Below are positions 1 to 9,512 of a stretch of DNA of 64,000 bases, piece after piece (position 1 is the first letter of the stretch; every line of letters begins with the position of its first letter). Origin of the DNA: the human T2T-CHM13v2.0 reference genome, Homo sapiens. Location: assembly GCF_009914755.1 (NCBI RefSeq), contig NC_060941.1; one strand, given 5' to 3'. The translations under genes were made by a program, and so were the position numbers. A model generated the notes under the pieces. That model saw only the letters and a list, made by a program, of their open reading frames with translations, did no database searches and was not told where the DNA came from.

Positions 1-443
1 CAGTGCCAGGCGTGATCGCATTGTCTCCACCTGGGATTCGCCCCGTCCCTGTCTGCACGTGTCCTGGAAAGCGGTGTCGGCTTGCAGGAGCCCCAGGGCT
101 TTTAGAAGCGGGCCAGGCCACCGCTCTTTCAAAGGAGGAGGGAGGCAGAGGGCTCACGGATCAGTGAATTTTCCGCTGACAGCAGGCCTTGAGGGCCATG
201 GGATCATTCTGTGCTGCAGCGAGGCCCTGCCTGCCTCAGCAGATGTGGTGAGCCCATCCTTTCTCGCCCAGAGTGGTCCAAAATCGCATCTGAAGAGGAG
301 TCCTGAGAACCCAGCAGGCGCCCTGAAGCTCCCCGTCCATCGGTGGAAGTCGGCTCAAGGAGGTCCTGAAGACGGGACTCCTGGGGGCTCGGCCCTGGGA
401 CACCCGTGGCCCCCTCTCCCACGCGGCCCCAAACTGGACCCCG

Positions 444-573
444 GATCCAGCCGCAGCCGCGGCTGCAGCAGGCGCGCCCCCTGCCGCCGCGCAGCCGCCC
501 GTATTTAAAGGGGACGCAGCCTGCCTGACTGCCAGGAGCCAAGCGCGAGTCGGCCCAGCCAAAGCGCATGCGC
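444..573. promoter_or_regulatory. Promoter-like core repeated once per unit (U1 copy shown)
   Basis: CpG-dense segment with a 14-bp perfect palindrome GCAGCCGCGGCTGC (453-466). A CTCF-like site GCGCCCCCTGCCGC lies at 474-487 (reverse GCGGCAGGGGGCGC). TATTTAAA at 502-509 is an isolated AT patch, and an NRF1-type palindrome GCGCATGCGC lies at 564-573. Function is inferred from motifs only. Confidence 0.55.
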
Positions 574-1070
574 GAGGCGCGCGCCGCTTTTTGCTTCACA
601 GTGCTTCCCACGGTTGTCTTAGGAACCAGTCCCCGAGGCTTGGCAACGCGGGAGCCCTCCGTGGCGGCGCCTGGGTGTCGGGCCTCCGAGGCTCCGGCCT
701 GACCTCTCCACGGGGTCCACAGGAACGTCTCCGGCTGCCAGGAGTCACAAGGGGCCGAGCAGGATGAGGAAACCACAGGCGGAGTCCGGGGGAAGCAGCG
801 TGGCATCCCAGCCTCAGGCCTGCCAGGACGGTGTTCGGGTGAGTCTCCCGAGAAGTCGTGCCCCCGTGATCTCGAGGACAGGTCCGCCTGCGTGCCCGAG
901 GGCTGTTCTCTCAGCCGAGGGTTGTTCCCCTCCAGAGCAGAACCCGGCAGCCACAGGGGTTGCCTGGGGGCGTGCATTGCTCGGCCACCGCGGTAGGACT
1001 GTGTGTGGGGCTGTGTCTCCCATTCTCCCTTCTCTCTCTGTCTCTCACCCTCTGTGTGCTTCTTTCCCTC

Positions 1071-1095
1071 TGTGTGTGTGTGTGTGTGTGTGTGT
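1071..1095. repeat. (TG)n microsatellite inside each unit (U1 copy, TG12)
   Basis: Counts for U1-U14: 12, 22, 12, 24, 12, 18, 13+TT+9, 12, 12, 19, 13+TT+9, 12, 10+TT+9, 21. Some were counted directly and the rest derived from unit-length differences. This tract explains most unit-length variation. Confidence 0.95.
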
Positions 1096-2037
1096 CTTTG
1101 GACGAATGTGCCCTGTGCGTCAAAAAGGGATGTCTTTTATGTGGACCGGTCTTTGGTGAGCCTCTTTCTGCGTCTCTCCCTGGGTCCTGCGGCCAGCTGT
1201 CCATCGTCTTCGCGGCGGTTCCACTTTGGGTCTGTGCAGGCCTCGATAACGTGAGGGGATGCATCGGGCCCGGAGCAGTGGAAGTCTCATCCCCATCCTG
1301 AGCGGCCTCTTTTCTAGGATCGAGAGGACCACACTGCAGCCCAGGACAAAAGCCCCACGGTAGCACATTGTCCGGCAGGAGAGGAGCAGACCCACGTCCA
1401 AGAAGATGGTTTTACCTTTCCACGCCCCTTCTCTGCGAAATGAAGCCACACCACCACACAGTCTTGAAGAGGAAGCCTGGAATGGGAGACGGCAACAAGC
1501 CCCGTCCCTGGAACGCTGGCCTCTCTGGACAAGCCACCCGCTTCGCACCCCTCCTCTTATGCCCGTGGCGGTGGCACGGCGCTGTATCCTGCCTGGGCTA
1601 TGGCCTCTGCTCTGTCGTCCCTCTTGCTCTGTCTCCCCTGTTTCTGAGCGGCCTAGATGCCTCTCGGTCTGGCTGAATATCTTCTACGAAGATCACTTCC
1701 CCGTCCATCAGGGAGACACTTCCTGGAGATCCGTGTCATGACTGTTTCTCTCTCCAAGCCTGTTTCTGCTGGATTGCGCAGGTCTGATGACCCTGGGGCT
1801 CTTGGCTTCCATACGTGTCTCAGACAGGGAAGCTTCCTCGGTCTCCGTGTTTCACCTCATGGGTGGGTGGATTGCCTAGGATGAGCGAGCGCTAGGCCGG
1901 CGAGACTGGCCTTGTCTTCTAGGACAAGTGCATTTCCCCTGCGCTTCCTGTCTCACTCTTGAGGGACATCCTCTCCTCCGCTCACAGGTGGACAGACTCC
2001 CTGGATCTTTTGGCTGTAACGAATGTCAGGAAACAAA

Positions 2038-2122
2038 GGGACTGCGCTGGGACTGGGGCTGGGGCTGCGTGCAGGGGAGGTTGCGTCAGGGCTAGCTGGG
2101 TGGTGGAGGGTTGGGGGTGGGG
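2038..2122 (+). other. G-quadruplex-capable G-tract cluster in each unit (U1 copy)
   Basis: GGG TGGTGGA GGG TT GGGGG T GGGG at 2098-2122 fits the G3+N1-7 pattern. Additional G-tracts lie at 2038-2077. Confidence 0.6.
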
Positions 2123-3420
2123 TGACTGTTGCAGAAACCTCTGTGGTCCTCTGGCAGGCATTTCAACATGTGGCTTGGCTGAGGCACAAGCCCCGTCCAG
2201 GTTCCCAGGTCTTCTTTGTGTTCCCTTGGCACTCAGGGAAAGGCCACTTGATCCCCTTTCTACCGGGCGCATGCCTGGGCACCACTGTTGCTTTCGCCCT
2301 CGCCCCACATGCCTCCGGTGACATACATTCACGCCATCTGCTCTGGTATACGCCAGTGCCAGGCGTGATCGCATTGTCTCCACCTGGGATTCGCCCCGTC
2401 CCTGTCTGCACGTGTCCTGGAAAGCGGTGTCGGCTTGCAGGAGCCCCAGGGCTTTTAGAAGCGGGCCAGGCCACCGCTCTTTCAAAGGAGGAGGGAGGCA
2501 GAGGGCTCACGGATCAGTGAATTTTCCGCTGACAGCAGGCCTTGAGGGCCATGGGATCATTCTGTGCTGCAGCGAGGCCCTGCCTGCCTCAGCAGATGTG
2601 GTGAGCCCATCCTTTCTCGCCCAGAGTGGTCCAAAATCGCATCTGAAGAGGAGTCCTGAGAACCCAGCAGGCGCCCTGAAGCTCCCCGTCCATCGGTGGA
2701 AGTCGGCTCAAGGAGGTCCTGAAGACGGGACTCCTGGGGGCTCGGCCCTGGGACACCCGTGGCCCCCTCTCCCACGCGGCCCCAAACTGGACCCCGGATC
2801 CAGCCGCAGCCGCGGCTGCAGCAGGCGCGCCCCCTGCCGCCGCGCAGCCGCCCGTATTTAAAGGGGACGCAGCCTGCCTGACTGCCAGGAGCCAAGCGCG
2901 AGTCGGCCCAGCCAAAGCGCATGCGCGAGGCGCGCGCCGCTTTTTGCTTCACAGTGCTTCCCACGGTTGTCTTAGGAACCAGTCCCCGAGGCTTGGCAAC
3001 GCGGGAGCCCTCCGTGGCAGCGCTTGGGTGTCGGGCCTCCGAGGCTCCGGCCTGACCTCTCCACGGGGTCCACAGGAACGTCTCCGGCTGCCAGGAGTCG
3101 CAAGGGGCCGAGCAGGATGAGGAAACCACAGGCGGAGTCCGGGGGAAGCAGCGTGGCATCCCAGCCTCAGGCCTGCCAGGACGGTGTTCGGGTGAGTCTC
3201 CCGAGAAGTCGTGCCCCCGTGATCTCGAGGACAGGTCCGCCTGCGTGCCCGAGGGCTGTTCTCTCAGCCGAGGGTTGTTCCTCTCCAGAGCAGAACCCGG
3301 CAGCCGCAGGGGTTGCCTGGGGGCGTGCATTGCTCGGCCACCGCGGTAGGACTGTGTGTGGGGCTGTGTCTCCCATTCTCCCTTCTCTCTCTGTCTCTCA
3401 CCCTCTGTGTGCTTCTTTCC

Positions 3421-3469
<49 letters not shown>

Positions 3470-6400
3470 TTTGGACGAATGTGCCCTGTGCGTCAAAAAG
3501 GGATGTCTTTTATGTGGACCGGTCTTTGGTGCGCCTCTTTCTGCGTCTCTCCCTGGGTCCTGCGGCCAGCTGTCCATCGTCTTCGCGGCGGTTCCACTTT
3601 GGGTCTGTGCAGGCCTCGATAACGTGAGGGGATGCATCGGGCCCGGAGCAATGGAAGTCTCATCCCCATCCTGAGCGGCCTCTTTTCTAGGATCGAGAGG
3701 ACCACACTGCAGCCCAGGACAAAAGCCCCACGGTAGCACATTGTCCGGCAGGAGAGGAGCAGACCCACGTCCAAGAAGATGGTTTTACCTTTCCACGCCC
3801 CTTCTCTGCGAAATGAAGCCACACCACCACACAGTCTTGAAGAGGAAGCCTGGAATGGGAGACGGCAACAAGCCCCGTCCCTGGAACGCTGGCCTCTCTG
3901 GACAAGCCACCCGCTTCGCACCCCTCCTCTTATGCCCGTGGCGGTGGCACGGCGCTGTATCCTGCCTGGGCTATGGCCTCTGCTCTGTCGTCCCTCTTGC
4001 TCTGTTTCCCCTGTTTCTGAGCGGCCTAGATGCCTCTCGGTCTGGCTGAATATCTTCTACGAAGATCACTTCCCCGTCCATCAGGGAGACACTTCCTGGA
4101 GATCCGTGTCATGACTGTTTCTCTCTCCAAGCCCGTTTCTGCTGGATTGCGCAGGTCTGATGACCCTGGGGCTCTTGGCTTCCATACGTGTCTCAGACAG
4201 GGAAGCTTCCTCGGTCTCCGTGTTTCACCTCATGGGTGGGTGGATTGCCTAGGATGAGCGAGCGCTAGGCCGGCGAGACTGGCCTTGTCTTCTAGGACAA
4301 GTGCATTTCCCCTGCGCTTCCTGTCTCACTCTTGAGGGACATCCTCTCCTCCGCTCACAGGTGGACAGACTCCCTGGATCTTTTGGCTGTAACGAATGTC
4401 AGGAAACAAAGGGACTGCGCTGGGACTGGCGCTGGGGCTGCGTGCAGGGGAGGTTGCGTCAGGGCTAGCTGGGTGGTGGAGGGTTGGGGGTGGGGTGACT
4501 GTTGCAGAAACCTCTGTGGTCCTCTGGCAGGCATTTCAACATGTGGCTTGGCTGAGGCACAAGCCCCGTCCAGGTTCCCAGGTCTTCTTTGTGTTCCCTT
4601 GGCACTCAGGGAAAGGCCACTTGATCCCCTTTCTACCGGGCGCATGCCTGGGCACCACTGTTGCTTTCGCCCTCGCCCCACATGCCTCCGGTGACATACA
4701 TTCACGCCATCTGCTCTGGTATACGCCAGTGCCAGGCGTGATCGCATTGTCTCCACCTGGGATTCGCCCCGTCCCTGTCTGCACGTGTCCTGGAAAGCGG
4801 TGTCGGCTTGCAGGAGCCCCAGGGCTTTTAGAAGCGGGCCAGGCCACCGCTCTTTCAAAGGAGGAGGGAGGCAGAGGGCTCACGGATCAGTGAATTTTCC
4901 GCTGACAGCAGGCCTTGAGGGCCATGGGATCATTCTGTGCTGCAGCGAGGCCCTGCCTGCCTCAGCAGATGTGGTGAGCCCATCCTTTCTCGCCCAGAGT
5001 GGTCCAAAATCGCATCTGAAGAGGAGTCCTGAGAACCCAGCAGGCGCCCTGAAGCTCCCCGTCCATCGGTGGAAGTCGGCTCAAGGAGGTCCTGAAGACG
5101 GGACTCCTGGGGGCTCGGCCCTGGGACACCCGTGGCCCCCTCTCCCACGCGGCCCCAAACTGGACCCCGGATCCAGCCGCAGCCGCGGCTGCAGCAGGCG
5201 CGCCCCCTGCCGCCGCGCAGCCGCCCGTATTTAAAGGGGACGCAGCCTGCCTGACTGCCAGGAGCCAAGCGCGAGTCGGCCCAGCCAAAGCGCATGCGCG
5301 AGGCGCGCGCCGCTTTTTGCTTCACAGTGCTTCCCACGGTTGTCTTAGGAACCAGTCCCCGAGGCTTGGCAACGCGGGAGCCCTCCGTGGCGGCGCTTGG
5401 GTGTCGGGCCTCCGAGGCTCCGGCCTGACCTCTCCACGGGGTCCACAGGAACGTCTCCGGCTGCCAGGAGTCACAAGGGGCCGAGCAGGATGAGGAAACC
5501 ACAGGCGGAGTCCGGGGGAAGCAGCGTGGCATCCCAGCCTCAGGCCTGCCAGGACGGTGTTCGGGTGAGTCTCCCGAGAAGTCGTGCCCCCGTGATCTCG
5601 AGGACAGGTCCGCCTGCGTGCCCGAGGGCTGTTCTCTCAGCCGAGGGTTGTTCCCCTCCAGAGCAGAACCCGGCAGCCGCAGGGGTTGCCTGGGGGCGTG
5701 TTTCTCGGCCACCGCGGTAGGACTGTGTGTGGGGCTGTGTCTCCCATTCTCCCTTCTCTCTCTGTCTCTCACCCTCTGTGTGCTTCTTTCCCTCTGTGTG
5801 TGTGTGTGTGTGTGTGTGTCTTTGGACGAATGTGCCCTGTGCGTCAAAAAGGGATGTCTTTTATGTGGACCGGTCTTTGGTGAGCCTCTTTCTGCGTCTC
5901 TCCCTGGGTCCTGCGGCCAGCTGTCCATCGTCTTCGCGGCGGTTCCACTTTGGGTCTGTGCAGGCCTCGATAACGTGAGGGGATGCATCGGGCCCGGAGC
6001 AATGGAAGTCTCATCCCCATCCTGAGCGGCCTCTTTTCTAGGATCGAGAGGACCACACTGCAGCCCAGGACAAAAGCCCCACGGTAGCACATTGTCCGGC
6101 AGGAGAGGAGCAGACCCACGTCCAAGAAGATGGTTTTACCTTTCCACGCCCCTTCTCTGCGAAATGAAGCCACACCACCACACAGTCTTGAAGAGGAAGC
6201 CTGGAATGGGAGACGGCAACAAGCCCCGTCCCTGGAACGCTGGCCTCTCTGGACAAGCCACCCGCTTCGCACCCCTCCTCTTATGCCCGTGGCGGTGGCA
6301 CGGCGCTGTATCCTGCCTGGGCTATGGCCTCTGCTCTGTCGTCCCTCTTGCTCTGTCTCCCCTGTTTCTGAGCGGCCTAGATGCCTCTCGGTCTGGCTGA

Positions 6401-8144
6401 ATATCTTCTACGAAGATCACTTCCCCGTCCATCAGGGAGACACTTCCTGGAGATCCGTGTCATGACTGTTTCTCTCTCCAAGCCTGTTTCTGCTGGATTG
6501 CGCAGGTCTGATGACCCTGGGGCTCTTGGCTTCCATACGTGTCTCAGACAGGGAAGCTTCCTCGGTCTCCGTGTTTCACCTCATGGGTGGGTGGATTGCC
6601 TAGGATGAGCGAGCGCTAGGCCGGCGAGACTGGCCTTGTCTTCTAGGACAAGTGCATTTCCCCTGCGCTTCCTGTCTCACTCTTGAGGGACATCCTCTCC
6701 TCCGCTCACAGGTGGACAGACTCCCTGGATCTTTTGGCTGTAACGAATGTCAGGAAACAAAGGGACTGCGCTGGGACTGGGGCTGGGGCTGCGTGCAGGG
6801 GAGGTTGCCTCAGGGCTAGCTGGGTGGTGGAGGGTTGGGGGTGGGGTGACTGTTGCAGAAACCTCTGTGGTCCTCTGGCAGGCATTTCAACATGTGGCTT
6901 GGCTGAGGCACAAGCCCCGTCCAGGTTCCCAGGTCTTCTTTGTGTTCCCTTGGCACTCAGGGAAAGGCCACTTGATCCCCTTTCTACCGGGCGCATGCCT
7001 GGGCACCACTGTTGCTTTCGCCCTCGCCCCACATGCCTCCGGTGACATACATTCACGCCATCTGCTCTGGTATACGCCAGTGCCAGGCGTGATCGCATTG
7101 TCTCCACCTGGGATTCGCCCCGTCCCTGTCTGCACGTGTCCTGGAAAGCGGTGTCGGCTTGCAGGAGCCCCAGGGCTTTTAGAAGCGGGCCAGGCCACCG
7201 CTCTTTCAAAGGAGGAGGGAGGCAGAGGGCTCACGGATCAGTGAATTTTCCGCTGACAGCAGGCCTTGAGGGCCATGGGATCATTCTGTGCTGCAGCGAG
7301 GCCCTGCCTGCCTCAGCAGATGTGGTGAGCCCATCCTTTCTCGCCCAGAGTGGTCCAAAATCGCATCTGAAGAGGAGTCCTGAGAACCCAGCAGGCGCCC
7401 TGAAGCTCCCCGTCCATCGGTGGAAGTCGGCTCAAGGAGGTCCTGAAGACGGGACTCCTGGGGGCTCGGCCCTGGGACACCCGTGGCCCCCTCTCCCACG
7501 CGGCCCCAAACTGGACCCCGGATCCAGCCGCAGCCGCGGCTGCAGCAGGCGCGCCCCCTGCCGCCGCGCAGCCGCCCGTATTTAAAGGGGACGCAGCCTG
7601 CCTGACTGCCAGGAGCCAAGCGCGAGTCGGCCCAGCCAAAGCGCATGCGCGAGGCGCGCGCCGCTTTTTGCTTCACAGTGCTTCCCACGGTTGTCTTAGG
7701 AACCAGTCCCCGAGGCTTGGCAACGCGGGAGCCCTCCGTGGCAGCGCTTGGGTGTCGGGCCTCCGAGGCTCCGGCCTGACCTCTCCACGGGGTCCACAGG
7801 AACGTCTCCGGCTGCCAGGAGTCGCAAGGGGCCGAGCAGGATGAGGAAACCACAGGCGGAGTCCGGGGGAAGCAGCGTGGCATCCCAGCCTCAGGCCTGC
7901 CAGGACGGTGTTCGGGTGAGTCTCCCGAGAAGTCGTGCCCCCGTGATCTCGAGGACAGGTCCGCCTGCGTGCCCGAGGGCTGTTCTCTCAGCCGAGGGTT
8001 GTTCCTCTCCAGAGCAGAACCCGGCAGCCGCAGGGGTTGCCTGGGGGCGTGCATTGCTCGGCCACCGCGGTAGGACTGTGTGTGGGGCTGTGTCTCCCAT
8101 TCTCCCTTCTCTCTCTGTCTCTCACCCTCTGTGTGCTTCTTTCC

Positions 8145-8197
<53 letters not shown>

Positions 8198-9512
8198 TTT
8201 GGACGAATGTGCCCTGTGCGTCAAAAAGGGATGTCTTTTATGTGGACCGGTCTTTGGTGAGCCTCTTTCTGCGTCTCTCCCTGGGTCCTGCGGCCAGCTG
8301 TCCATCGTCTTCGCGGCGGTTCCACTTTGGGTCTGTGCAGGCCTCGATAACGTGAGGGGATGCATCGGGCCCGGAGCAGTGGAAGTCTCATCCCCATCCT
8401 GAGCGGCCTCTTTTCTAGGATCGAGAGGACCACACTGCAGCCCAGGACAAAAGCCCCACGGTAGCACATTGTCCGGCAGGAGAGGAGCAGACCCACGTCC
8501 AAGAAGATGGTTTTACCTTTCCACGCCCCTTCTCTGCGAAATGAAGCCACACCACCACACAGTCTTGAAGAGGAAGCCTGGAATGGGAGACGGCAACAAG
8601 CCCCGTCCCTGGAACGCTGGCCTCTCTGGACAAGCCACCCGCTTCGCACCCCTCCTCTTATGCCCGTGGCGGTGGCACGGCGCTGTATCCTGCCTGGGCT
8701 ATGGCCTCTGCTCTGTCGTCCCTCTTGCTCTGTCTCCCCTGTTTCTGAGCGGCCTAGATGCCTCTCGGTCTGGCTGAATATCTTCTACGAAGATCACTTC
8801 CCCGTCCATCAGGGAGACACTTCCTGGAGATCCGTGTCATGACTGTTTCTCTCTCCAAGCCTGTTTCTGCTGGATTGCGCAGGTCTGATGACCCTGGGGC
8901 TCTTGGCTTCCATACGTGTCTCAGACAGGGAAGCTTCCTCGGTCTCCGTGTTTCACCTCATGGGTGGGTGGATTGCCTAGGATGAGCGAGCGCTAGGCCG
9001 GCGAGACTGGCCTTGTCTTCTAGGACAAGTGCATTTCCCCTGCGCTTCCTGTCTCACTCTTGAGGGACATCCTCTCCTCCGCTCACAGGTGGACAGACTC
9101 CCTGGATCTTTTGGCTGTAACGAATGTCAGGAAACAAAGGGACTGCGCTGGGACTGGCGCTGGGGCTGCGTGCAGGGGAGGTTGCGTCAGGGCTAGCTGG
9201 GTGGTGGAGGGTTGGGGGTGGGGTGACTGTTGCAGAAACCTCTGTGGTCCTCTGGCAGGCATTTCAACATGTGGCTTGGCTGAGGCACAAGCCCCGTCCA
9301 GGTTCCCAGGTCTTCTTTGTGTTCCCTTGGCACTCAGGGAAAGGCCACTTGATCCCCTTTCTACCGGGCGCATGCCTGGGCACCACTGTTGCTTTCGCCC
9401 TCGCCCCACATGCCTCCGGTGACATACATTCACGCCATCTGCTCTGGTATACGCCAGTGCCAGGCGTGATCGCATTGTCTCCACCTGGGATTCGCCCCGT
9501 CCCTGTCTGCAC

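Noticed and set aside
1883-1895. GAGCGAGCGC resembling an AAV Rep-binding element
   Set aside because: Only two GAGC tetramers, no terminal resolution site, and it is not conserved in the edge units.
4930-6090. 376-392 aa minus-strand ORFs that appear only in some units (U3, U7, U11, U13), suggesting TG-length phase variation
   Set aside because: They arise from incidental frame joins through the (CA)n tract or a 2-bp deletion, start at a non-ATG codon and use different frames in different units. Ribo-seq or proteomics would be needed to revive the idea.
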